DNA of 47,450 bases from Patescibacteria group bacterium (GTDB lineage Bacteria > Patescibacteriota > Minisyncoccia > UBA6257 > Colwellbacteraceae), in NCBI GenBank assembly GCA_023380475.1, contig JAMCRD010000006.1, positions 68,546-115,995 of the forward strand. The letters are read 5' to 3'. Positions within the stretch are counted from its first letter, which is position 1, and each line of letters begins with the position of its first letter. Shown here piece by piece: positions 16,707 to 25,197 of this stretch. A model generated the notes under the pieces. That model saw nothing but the letters and a program-made list of their open reading frames with translations, ran no database searches and was not told the origin of the DNA. A program made the translations under genes and the position numbers.

Positions 16707-19139
16707 ATGGTTGCTATCAAAGTACCTAAACTTAAAACGTGGCAGTGGGTGGTGGTCGGCCTAGTAGTCTTGGTGGTTGGGGGCGCATTGTATGTCGGCT
16801 ACCTCTACCTGACCCTGCCCGAAATAAGCAGTATAAACAATGTTCAGGTGGCTCAATCCACAAAAATATACGATCGCACCGGCACTGTCCTTTTATATGA
16901 GATACACGGCGACGAAAACAGAACATCCATACCATCCGACCAGATCCCAGAGGTGATGAAACAGGCTACTGTAGCCATTGAGGACAATACCTTTTACAGC
17001 TCTCCCGTGTTCGACCTGCGTGGGGTCTTGAGAGCTTTGGCAACTGATATAATGACGCTGCATTTTAACCAAGGTGGATCAACTATAACGCAGCAGCTGG
17101 TTAAAAATACGCTTTTAAACTCAGAGAAGACCATTAGCCGCAAGATACAAGAGTTAATTCTGGCATGGCGGGTTGAGCGCAACTACACCAAAGACGAGAT
17201 ACTAACCATGTATTTGAATCAGATACCGTACGGTCAAGGAGCATACGGAATAGAGGCTGCCTCGGAACTGTATTTTGGAGTAAACGCCCAAGACCTAACA
17301 TTGGAACAAGCGGCTTTGCTGGCAGCGGTACCTCAAGCTCCAACATATTATTCTCCTTGGGGAGATCATCAGACCGAGCTTAAAAATAGGTGGAAATTGG
17401 TGTTGGAAGCAATGCATGACAGTGGTTACATAACCAGCGGCCAACTGGCGACGGCTGAGGCTAACTATCCGACCGTTCTTCCAGCATCGCATGGAGGAAT
17501 ACGCGCACCTCACTTTGTGGCTTATGTAGAGGATTACCTGGCACAAAAATACGGTGAAGATCTCTTAACCCAAGGGGGGCTAACGGTGATAACTTCTTTG
17601 GATATGAACCTCCAGACTGAGGCGGAGCAGGCTGTGACTGACGGCGTAGCCAGGAACATCGCATTGTATGGAGCTCACAACGCCGCACTAGTGGCTTTAG
17701 ATCCAACCACAGGACAGATACTAGCTATGGTTGGATCAGCTGATTACTTCGATAACTCAAATGACGGGCAGTTCAATGTTATTACTCAAGGACTCAGGCA
17801 GCCTGGGTCGTCTATAAAACCATTTGTCTACTTGACGGCTTTTGAACAAGGACTCACGCCGGACACAATTGTTTGGAATGTACCGACAGAGTTTACAACC
17901 AACAATCCATCTTGTCCGCCAGTGGTTGATTTCAACAACAATAACAAGGCGTGTTACCACCCCGTAAACTTTGAAGGCACCTTCACTGGTCCTGTTACAC
18001 TATCCCAGGCACTAGCCCAGTCTATAAACGTGCCGGCGGTGAAAGTTTTATATCTTGCTGGCATGAACAATGTAATCCAAAATCTAGAGAGTTTTGGTAT
18101 AAGTACCGTAACCGACCCATCAAAAGTCGGCTTGTCGCTGGTTTTGGGTGGAGCAGACGTTAAACCCATAGAACTAGCCCAAGCTTACGGCGTTCTGGCC
18201 ACCGATGGGGTAAAACATACATTAGCTCCCATTCTTGAAGTCACCAACAGCAATGGAAGTGTTTTGGAACAATACGCCGACCAGTCCAGTCAGATAGTTG
18301 ACCCTCAATATCCAAGGCTAATAAATAACATCTTAGCAGACCCAAGCCTGCGCGCACCCCTATTTGGGCAAAGCTTACCGTTGACTGAGATCCCCGGACA
18401 TCAAGTCGCCCTTAAAACTGGCACAACCAACAACTATGTTGACGCTTGGGCGGTCGGCTATACACCAGATTTCGTCGCACTGGTTTGGGCGGGCAACAAC
18501 GACAACACACCCCTAACCAGCCAGGGGAGTAGTATTTTGGCTGCGGTCCCCATGTGGCACGAATTTATGTCCGCCGCCCTAGCCAACTACCCACTACTAA
18601 CCTTTGACAAGCCAGCGCCGATATATGAAACCAACCCCATCCTTAAGGGTGAGTTGGTGGCGGGGCAACAACACTCCATTCTCTACTACCTAAACAGAGT
18701 CAGTGACCCAGAGTATGTAAACTGGGAAACTGGAATCAGTAATTGGTTGTTGAATAATACCTTTAATCCCAGCAACTTCACGGTTGTAGCTTCATCCACC
18801 CCAACAACCTACTCACCAGCAACCACGGTCACCAACAGCAGCTCTACCCCCAACAGCACTATCCAAATTCAAACCACATCCCCAACCAATGGCGAGTTTG
18901 TAACCAATCAAATAAACATTAATGCCGCCATTACCAGCACGGTAGATATAACCAAGGTAGAGGTTTATTTAAACAACAATCTAATTGACAGCAGGGTTGG
19001 GAATTTTGGAACTAGTTATACCTATGCCTCGGCCTTGTCGCCTTCGGGGATACAACTGCAAAACATGTTGGTTATACGCGCCACCGACTCCAGCGGCGCC
19101 CAAACCACAGAGCAGTTTATTTTGTATGGTCAGCAATAG
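16707..19139 (+). CDS. Class A penicillin-binding protein (glycosyltransferase + transpeptidase) with a Thr/Ser-rich linker and C-terminal beta-rich domain
   Basis: GT51 motifs EDNTFY and GGSTITQQL; transpeptidase motifs SSIKP, SxN-type and KTGTTN. Confidence 0.9.
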   Translation: MVAIKVPKLKTWQWVVVGLVVLVVGGALYVGYLYLTLPEISSINNVQVAQSTKIYDRTGTVLLYEIHGDENRTSIPSDQIPEVMKQATVAIEDNTFYSSPVFDLRGVLRALATDIMTLHFNQGGSTITQQLVKNTLLNSEKTISRKIQELILAWRVERNYTKDEILTMYLNQIPYGQGAYGIEAASELYFGVNAQDLTLEQAALLAAVPQAPTYYSPWGDHQTELKNRWKLVLEAMHDSGYITSGQLATAEANYPTVLPASHGGIRAPHFVAYVEDYLAQKYGEDLLTQGGLTVITSLDMNLQTEAEQAVTDGVARNIALYGAHNAALVALDPTTGQILAMVGSADYFDNSNDGQFNVITQGLRQPGSSIKPFVYLTAFEQGLTPDTIVWNVPTEFTTNNPSCPPVVDFNNNNKACYHPVNFEGTFTGPVTLSQALAQSINVPAVKVLYLAGMNNVIQNLESFGISTVTDPSKVGLSLVLGGADVKPIELAQAYGVLATDGVKHTLAPILEVTNSNGSVLEQYADQSSQIVDPQYPRLINNILADPSLRAPLFGQSLPLTEIPGHQVALKTGTTNNYVDAWAVGYTPDFVALVWAGNNDNTPLTSQGSSILAAVPMWHEFMSAALANYPLLTFDKPAPIYETNPILKGELVAGQQHSILYYLNRVSDPEYVNWETGISNWLLNNTFNPSNFTVVASSTPTTYSPATTVTNSSSTPNSTIQIQTTSPTNGEFVTNQININAAITSTVDITKVEVYLNNNLIDSRVGNFGTSYTYASALSPSGIQLQNMLVIRATDSSGAQTTEQFILYGQQ

Positions 19140-19145
19140 GTAAGC

Positions 19146-20255
19146 CTATTGCCTTATCGGCATAAGTATATAGAAACAAGATGCGTCGTCGGGTGATTTT
19201 AGAAGTGAGGCTTTATTGCCGGCGTTAAGCCCCAAATTAACTTGTTTCCCAGACAAGATTTTTATTCCATCCAATAAATAACGCCAATTAAAAGCTAGTT
19301 CAGCACCCTCGCCCGATATTTTAGCTGGAATAAGGTAGTTGTTTTCTCCTAATGCGCTGTCGTTGGAGTAGATTTCAAGAGCCTTCTTGTCTTTGGTCTT
19401 CAAGCGCACATCACTAACTCGAGAGGTAAAGGATCCGGTAAGTTTTACAGCATTAGTTAACTCCTCGCGGCTGATCAAAACCTCAGTATCAACGCCTTTT
19501 GGAATAATTGGTTCGTAGTCTGGAAATTTGCCGTCGATCAATCTAGAGACTATTTCAGTATCGTTGGTTTGGAATAATATTTGACCGCCTTCAATCCTTA
19601 TAGACAAATCTTCATCGTCGCCCACAACCCTTAAAAGCTCTTGGGTTGTTTTGAGGGGGATAATAACCTTAAGCCCCTGTTCGGCGAAGGTGTTGTCGAA
19701 TTGATTCTTGTTTATACTAGCCTCGGCCAGCCTAAAACTATCAGTCGCAACCAACTTCAAAATAGAGGGTTCTATTATTAATAAGACGCCGCTTATTTCC
19801 GGCCGTAAATCCGAGATGCCAGCGGCCACCACCACTTTGCTTAGCCCATCCTTGAAAACGCCGGCGTTTAATTTGAGATGCTCTTTTGTCTCTTTTACCT
19901 TAGGAATTATAGGGAACTCGTTAACTGGCATGCTTTGCAAGCTGGCTTCATAGCTATCTGTTTTTATTTGGAGGGTTTGTTGTTTGGTATCGATGTTAAC
20001 CCTCTCACTGGATAAGTTGGAAACAATGTTGGATATGATGTTGTGGGGGATGGTTATAGTGCCATCTTCCACTATTTTGCCGTATATGGTTTTGGTTATG
20101 GCTAGCTCCAAGTTGGTGGTGGAAAATTTAATTTGATTATTTTCGGCTTTTATTAATACGTTGCCGAGTATCGGCAAATTTATATTATTGCCGACCGATC
20201 GTCCGACGACATCAAGACCGTTCTTAAGATTGTTTTTTAGAATAATCAGTTTCAT
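19146..20255 (-). CDS. dnaN: DNA polymerase III beta sliding clamp
   Basis: MKLIILKNNL...LPILGNVLIKAENNQIKFSTTNLE, three-domain length, position downstream of dnaA. Confidence 0.9.
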   Translation of the reverse strand: MKLIILKNNLKNGLDVVGRSVGNNINLPILGNVLIKAENNQIKFSTTNLELAITKTIYGKIVEDGTITIPHNIISNIVSNLSSERVNIDTKQQTLQIKTDSYEASLQSMPVNEFPIIPKVKETKEHLKLNAGVFKDGLSKVVVAAGISDLRPEISGVLLIIEPSILKLVATDSFRLAEASINKNQFDNTFAEQGLKVIIPLKTTQELLRVVGDDEDLSIRIEGGQILFQTNDTEIVSRLIDGKFPDYEPIIPKGVDTEVLISREELTNAVKLTGSFTSRVSDVRLKTKDKKALEIYSNDSALGENNYLIPAKISGEGAELAFNWRYLLDGIKILSGKQVNLGLNAGNKASLLKSPDDASCFYILMPIRQ

Positions 20256-20450
20256 GGCTGCTGTATATAATTATTATATTAATTTAATTAGTAGTTGTAG
20301 TAGAGTCTGGTTAATTGTGGATTGGGCTGAAATTATATGTTCATTACAGGTTGTTTTGGCAACTAAGCCGTCTTAATAAGTTATTAATTGGGGGTTGAGT
20401 GGTGTTTATAACTTTTTGGAAAAAATTTTTATTATTGAATTGCCGACAGT
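20256..20450. other. Candidate oriC segment (dnaA-dnaN intergenic; AT-rich with degenerate DnaA boxes)
   Basis: AT-rich stretches at 20263-20295 and 20413-20440. 7/9 DnaA-box matches are TGTGGATTG and TGTTTATAA. An 8/9 box TGTGTATAA lies upstream of dnaA at about 21906-21914. Confidence 0.4.
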
Positions 20451-21833
20451 TTATACCGACTTACTAACAGTTTCTTTTATCATATTAAGTTTATTACTCA
20501 ATACTGGGTCTTTATCTACCGAATCAGCAATCTTTTTATATGAATAGATAGCGGTGGTGTGATCGCGATTGCCGATTTTACTGGCAATGTAAGGGTAAGA
20601 CATATTCAGCATCTCGCGCATGAGATAGATGGTTATCTGCCTCGGCTCAATAAATTCCTTACTCCTGCCCTTGCCGATTAGATTGGTTGGTGATATTTCA
20701 AAAAATAACGCAACCGCCTTGATTATCTGGGCTGGGGTTATGTTGGGCTTAGAGTGTTCGATAGTTTCGTCTATTATCTTTTCAATACCAGCTAAATTAA
20801 GTGGTTTTTGGTAGTTAAGTTGGTAGAATATAACTTTGTTTAATATACCCTCTATTTCTCTTATATTCCTTTGGAATCTCTTGGCTATAACATCGATTAA
20901 CTCGTCTCCTATTGCGGCGCCGCGCTCCTGCAGCTTAGTTTTTATGATGGCCACTCTGGTTTCGTAGTCGGGGACGCTTATATCAACCACTATTCCTCCA
21001 CCAAACCGTGAACGCAATCTTTCTTCAAGGGTGGGTATGGCTTGGGGCGGCCGGTCGGAAGAGATAATAATTTGCTTGTTTTGTTCGTGTAGGGCGTTAA
21101 AAGTGTGGAAAAACTCCTCTTCGGTTTTCTCTTTGCCGCCGATGAATTGAATATCGTCTATTATCAACACATCCACCAGACGGTAGGCGCTTTTTATATC
21201 CTCAGCTCTATTGTTGCGCAGCGCCCACACAACGTCATTAGTGAACTTCTCTGAGGTAACATACTTGACCTTAACTTTCCCTCCATAGACACCAGCTATT
21301 TCATTGCCGATAGCCTGGATAAGGTGGGTTTTACCCAAGCCCACTCCGCCGTATATAAACAATGGATTGTATTTAACGCCGACACTATTCACCACTGCGG
21401 TGGAGGCTGAGTAGGCTAGTTCATTGGATGATCCAACAACAAACGAATTCAGGGTGTAGCGTGGGTTTAGGTTGGTCAGGGGGTCAACCCTCATCTCTTG
21501 GAATGACAGTTGTTTCTCGTCGCCCTCGGGGACGGGACGCGACTTGGGGTTGTTTTTAATCAAAGTTCCCTCAACCACGTACTCTATTTTACGGACTGAT
21601 CCGTCGTGATTGCGGATAGTCCCCAAGATAAGTTTGTTGTATTTAGCCTCAACCCATTCCTTGGCAAAATGATTAGGTAGTGCAATTAACGCTGCCCCCT
21701 CTTGAGCCTCGATTAGGCGACTATTCTTTAACCAGGTTACAAAATTAGGCTTGGAGATCTGTAATTCGATTTCCGATAATACCGCCTGCCAAAGTTCTTC
21801 GTTACCCCCCATAGTAATGCGTTGATACGCCAA
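20451..21833 (-). CDS. dnaA: Chromosomal replication initiator DnaA (start may be ATG at 21812)
   Basis: Walker A GGVGLGKTHL, Walker B IIDDIQF, and the C-terminal DNA-binding helix with DHTT. Confidence 0.95.
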   Translation of the reverse strand: MAYQRITMGGNEELWQAVLSEIELQISKPNFVTWLKNSRLIEAQEGAALIALPNHFAKEWVEAKYNKLILGTIRNHDGSVRKIEYVVEGTLIKNNPKSRPVPEGDEKQLSFQEMRVDPLTNLNPRYTLNSFVVGSSNELAYSASTAVVNSVGVKYNPLFIYGGVGLGKTHLIQAIGNEIAGVYGGKVKVKYVTSEKFTNDVVWALRNNRAEDIKSAYRLVDVLIIDDIQFIGGKEKTEEEFFHTFNALHEQNKQIIISSDRPPQAIPTLEERLRSRFGGGIVVDISVPDYETRVAIIKTKLQERGAAIGDELIDVIAKRFQRNIREIEGILNKVIFYQLNYQKPLNLAGIEKIIDETIEHSKPNITPAQIIKAVALFFEISPTNLIGKGRSKEFIEPRQITIYLMREMLNMSYPYIASKIGNRDHTTAIYSYKKIADSVDKDPVLSNKLNMIKETVSKSV

Positions 21834-21855
21834 CTTTAGTCTTTAGTCAGACTTA

Positions 21856-21883
21856 ATCTTACCCGACAAAACCCCTCCGTCAA
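21856..21883 (-). promoter_or_regulatory. Promoter TTGACG-N16-TAAGAT upstream of dnaA
   Basis: Plus-strand CGTCAA at 21878-21883 and ATCTTA at 21856-21861. Confidence 0.5.
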
Positions 21884-21981
21884 ACAACAGATAAAGATTA
21901 GAACTTGTGTATAAGCTGTTAACATCCCAAAACAGTCGCCTGGTTATGGATTTATTAATCCGCGCAGCTTATAATGGGGCC

Positions 21982-22116
21982 ATGTCCGTGACTTATCAGC
22001 CGAGAAAGAAAAAAAGGGCTAGGGCGCATGGGTTCTTGAAGCGCAGCCGCAAGGCCGGCGGGCGTAATGTCCTTAAGCGCCGCAGGGCCAAGGGGCGCCA
22101 CAAACTCACCGTCTAG
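21982..22116 (+). CDS. rpmH: 50S ribosomal protein L34
   Basis: [44 protein letters not shown] (44 aa). The track ORF from 21907 is an upstream extension. TATAAT at 21970-21975 lies 6 nt before this ATG. Confidence 0.9.
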   Translation: MSVTYQPRKKKRARAHGFLKRSRKAGGRNVLKRRRAKGRHKLTV

Positions 22117-22131
22117 CTGGGTGGGGAACAA

Positions 22132-22455
22132 ATGCTTCCCAAAAAACTTAGAACACCTCTACAATCTTTCCCTCGCAGCTCGAAAGTAATTGCTAAGACC
22201 AAAAACTTTACAATGAAGTATGCTGCCAACAACCTCCCCCACAATCGGGGCGGGGTGGTAATAAGTAGATCGGTAGGGAAAGCGGTGGAGCGCAATAGAT
22301 TAAGAAGAGTTATCATGAATTTTTTGAGCAGCAACCCCAATTTTTTAAAAGGCGGTACTGGTAGGGATTTTGTTTTTTTTGTTGGATCCAAGGCCGCGAC
22401 GGAGAAACAAACCAACCTATCTAAAGAGCTGAAAACATATGGCCAACTTTTTTAA
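22132..22455 (+). CDS. rnpA: Ribonuclease P protein component
   Basis: KAVERNRLRR (RNR motif) and position directly after rpmH. Confidence 0.85.
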   Translation: MLPKKLRTPLQSFPRSSKVIAKTKNFTMKYAANNLPHNRGGVVISRSVGKAVERNRLRRVIMNFLSSNPNFLKGGTGRDFVFFVGSKAATEKQTNLSKELKTYGQLF

Positions 22456-23194
22456 CCAAATACTATACCGCCCCATTTTTAATGCGCTGATAGTCATATA
22501 TCACTATGCTTCCTTCGGCGACATGGGTATAGCGATAATACTGCTGACGGTGCTGATGCGTTTAATACTCTGGCCGCTGTTTCACGAAACCGCTCGGTAC
22601 CAAAAACTTGCCCCCAAGCTGCAGTCGGAGATAAAACAAATTCAGCAGCGGCACAAAGACAACAAGGAAGAGCAAACTAAGGCGTTGATGAAGCTTTACA
22701 AAGATCACGAGATAAACCCCTTCACCCCATTTTTATCACTGATAATCCAAATACCCTTGCTTTTAGCTCTATACGGAGCCTTGAACGATCTTTTTAAGTA
22801 CACAACATCAATTAACCTTCTCTATTCTTTTGTGCCACACACCCCCACATTGAACACAATATCGCTCGGAATCATTGACTTATCCAAGCCAAATATTGTA
22901 ATAATCATCATAGCGGTAGTGCTGCAGTACTACATGGCCAAGCTCGCGCTGCCGGAGCATGAAAAAGGCGTTGCCCCAAGTCAGGCCGAGAGGATGAGTA
23001 GTGGTATGGTCTGGATTGGCCCGATAGTAACCTTGATAATTCTTATAGGATTGCCATCGGCTTTGGGCGTGTACTGGGCAGCATTCGCCGCATTTTCCAT
23101 ATTTCAACAACTAATAGTAAACTATCGACTGCGCGACAATGGAAGAACTAGCAAATCAGATAAAGGAGTTGGTAGGCCTGATGGGCTTCAATGA
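22439..23194 (+). CDS. yidC: Membrane protein insertase YidC (short form)
   Basis: Multi-TM 251-aa protein with the conserved YidC core and a basic C-tail. Gene order is rnpA-yidC-jag. Confidence 0.85.
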   Translation: MANFFNQILYRPIFNALIVIYHYASFGDMGIAIILLTVLMRLILWPLFHETARYQKLAPKLQSEIKQIQQRHKDNKEEQTKALMKLYKDHEINPFTPFLSLIIQIPLLLALYGALNDLFKYTTSINLLYSFVPHTPTLNTISLGIIDLSKPNIVIIIIAVVLQYYMAKLALPEHEKGVAPSQAERMSSGMVWIGPIVTLIILIGLPSALGVYWAAFAAFSIFQQLIVNYRLRDNGRTSKSDKGVGRPDGLQ

Positions 23195-23576
23195 TTTTGA
23201 GTTCAATCCCGATTACGAACACAAAGTCATCTCGATAATAATAAGCGATCCATATCTCACCACAGAGCGGGTGCCTAACCTGGTTGTTAATTTAAACCGT
23301 GTCGGACGGCTGTTTACCAAACAAATGTCCTCGGAGCCGGTGCTTATAGACGTGAACAACTACCGCCGCGAGCGTGAGAATTTAATAATAGAATTAGCCA
23401 AAGCGGCTGCCAGGAAGGTAGTTGCCTCCAAGGAAGAAGTTTCACTTCCAACAATGAATGCGTATGAACGGCGATTAGTTCATACTGAGTTATCGACGCG
23501 ACCGGACGTGAAGACGGAGAGTGTGGGAGAAGGCAATAACCGTTACGTGGTGGTAAAACTAGTGGAGAGCAACTAA
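23139..23576 (+). CDS. jag: Jag/SpoIIIJ-associated KH + R3H RNA-binding protein
   Basis: R3H motif (MNAYERRLVHTEL) plus the conserved position after yidC. It overlaps yidC by 56 nt. Confidence 0.75.
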   Translation: MEELANQIKELVGLMGFNDFEFNPDYEHKVISIIISDPYLTTERVPNLVVNLNRVGRLFTKQMSSEPVLIDVNNYRRERENLIIELAKAAARKVVASKEEVSLPTMNAYERRLVHTELSTRPDVKTESVGEGNNRYVVVKLVESN

Positions 23577-23710
23577 GTTGCATAAGCAACCCAGGTTTTT
23601 CACTAGGCGATTTTTTGCACGTCAGAAAAGAGGGTAGATTTCTGGGGCAATGAGTACACAGTGCACAAGCCAGAGAAATAACAGATCTTTGGGGTGGGCA
23701 AAAATCAACC

Positions 23711-23744
23711 ACTCCGCACCGAAAGTGCGGAGTATGGTTTTTTG
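23711..23744 (+). terminator. Hairpin ACTCCGCAC-CGAAA-GTGCGGAGT plus T6; jag-operon terminator and/or IS200 end structure
   Basis: 9-bp perfect stem at 23711-23733, then ATGGTTTTTT. Confidence 0.6.
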
Positions 23745-23780
23745 ACTGGGAGTCAACTCAAGATGGTGAAGGTCTTGTCT

Positions 23781-24236
23781 TCATCTTCCTCCTTTTTTGC
23801 CCTGCTCTGCAATATATCGTTTGATTGTCTCCTCAGTCACCGTGCCAGTCGTAACACAGAAGTAACCAATCCGCCACATATGTTGGCCCCAGAACACCTT
23901 ACCGAGACGCGGAAACTCCATCTGGAGTTTCTGGGAAGATTCCCCCTTGAGATGCTGGACGATTCTTGAAACCGCGATGTAGGGCGGTATGGCCAAGAGT
24001 ATATGGACATGGTCGGGACCAATGGCTCCCTTCAGAATATCAATCTTCTCTTCGGAGCAAATCTGGCGGACAACGTCTCTTAATCTTGGGGCAATATCGT
24101 CAATCAGTATCTTTTTGCGGTACTTTGTAATCCAGACAATGTGGTTTATTATCGTAGGTAGTATGACTCGTGTGATGATATTGCCCGACCATGTCCCTAT
24201 ACTAACACCGCTTTCATTGCTTGGGGGATTCTCCAT
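23781..24236 (-). CDS. tnpA: IS200/IS605-family Y1 (HUH) transposase TnpA
   Basis: HUH motif HVHILLAIPP, typical KGESSQKL, and a C-terminal Tyr region (RIGYFCVTTG). Confidence 0.85.
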   Translation of the reverse strand: MENPPSNESGVSIGTWSGNIITRVILPTIINHIVWITKYRKKILIDDIAPRLRDVVRQICSEEKIDILKGAIGPDHVHILLAIPPYIAVSRIVQHLKGESSQKLQMEFPRLGKVFWGQHMWRIGYFCVTTGTVTEETIKRYIAEQGKKGGR

Positions 24237-24333
24237 GCTGAAGCCCCTGGCTGGAAGCCAGGAGTTTTACCCTCGGTGGTAGTTGTATTGTCGTAGTGTT
24301 GGTTACTAGCATTGGGTTTTCTATACTTCATAT

Positions 24334-24636
24334 ATGAAGAAGTTTTTGTACGGATTTTCACTTGTTGTGTTGGCGGAGCTGGTTCTTATAGCGATCAGAA
24401 TAATACCAATCCTAATTCTTCCGAGGTTCATAGGCGCCCTTGGTGTTGCCTTACTTTTTGTCAGTCTTGTTTTTTGGGTCGGCGTGGATGCCAATCACTT
24501 CAAGAAACACAAGAACATACATACTCATCCATATTTTTGGGTGGTGGGAGTGCTTTTGTTTAGCTGGATTGTCTTCCCGATATATTTAATACGCCGTAAT
24601 ATGTACTGGTATCCACCAACAAAAGCTGAGCTATAA
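24334..24636 (+). CDS. Hypothetical small membrane protein (3-4 TM)
   Basis: Hydrophobic 100-aa ORF with no recognised family. Confidence 0.45.
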   Translation: MKKFLYGFSLVVLAELVLIAIRIIPILILPRFIGALGVALLFVSLVFWVGVDANHFKKHKNIHTHPYFWVVGVLLFSWIVFPIYLIRRNMYWYPPTKAEL

Positions 24637-24842
24637 ACAATAGATCGGAAGGTAGTTAATGTCCCCAGATTCCCAACTCCGGCTTTAGTTGTAGTCTATG
24701 GGAGCTGGCTAGAACTAAAGAGTAAAGGTAGAGCTATGGCGGCCGATCTGAGGAGTGACTGGCGGAGATAGCTAAAACCAGATACCGGAGGTTGAATGTG
24801 GTTGCGAGTAACAAATACCAAGGGCACAAACTAAATAAAATA

Positions 24843-24873
24843 AACCCACACACCTACCTGTGGGTTATTTTAT
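24843..24873. terminator. Bidirectional intrinsic terminator
   Basis: AACCCACA-CACCTACC-TGTGGGTT is flanked by an A-rich tract on one side and a T-rich tract on the other. It sits between two convergent genes. Confidence 0.7.
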
Positions 24874-24885
24874 ATCTTGTGTACC

Positions 24886-25143
24886 CTAGTGGCCTACAAG
24901 AGCTGGATTTATTGTGTTCAGTATGATGTACGAAGCAAGAAGAATTAATAATCCATAGATAGCTGCCTTTATCCACTCTATGGCATCCACACGGCGCGAT
25001 TCACTGCCGGCGGATAACGTGTATAGTATCCCCCCGTAGACAATAATACCCACAGCGACCGTGGCGCCTATACCAATAGCCCAATCAAGTATATCCCCAG
25101 AACCCAATCCCAATGCGCTTAATAATGCCGAACCCAAATCCAT
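24886..25143 (-). CDS. Small two-TM protein, putative T4SS pilin (VirB2/TrbC-like)
   Basis: 85 aa with two hydrophobic helices separated by a short polar loop (SAGSESRRVDA). It lies just downstream of VirB4. TATAAT (minus strand, 25160-25155) sits 11 nt upstream of its ATG. Confidence 0.5.
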   Translation of the reverse strand: MDLGSALLSALGLGSGDILDWAIGIGATVAVGIIVYGGILYTLSAGSESRRVDAIEWIKAAIYGLLILLASYIILNTINPALVGH

Positions 25144-25197
25144 TTGTTGCTTAGATTATAACTCAAGATGCCCTAACTTACATATAGTGTAACTCAT

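Larger units (their letters stand above)
23700..24290 (-). mobile_element. IS200-type insertion sequence (tnpA only); boundaries approximate
   Basis: The Y1 transposase gene is flanked by subterminal hairpins at 23711-23733 and 24246-24262. The latter lies 9 nt upstream of the tnpA ATG. Confidence 0.5.

Noticed and set aside
21907-21981. N-terminal extension of rpmH given in the ORF track
   Set aside because: L34 is about 44-46 aa. The extension contains the promoter -10 box (21970-21975) and a DnaA-box-like sequence.
23344-23712. 122-aa minus-strand ORF across the jag 3' end and intergenic region
   Set aside because: It overlaps jag antisense and runs through terminator hairpins. It has no motif support.
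24637-24842. About 200-nt untranslated tail after the small membrane protein as a possible sRNA
   Set aside because: Only short (6-8 bp) and mutually incompatible pairings were found. There is no promoter, and it ends at the shared bidirectional terminator. Evidence is insufficient.
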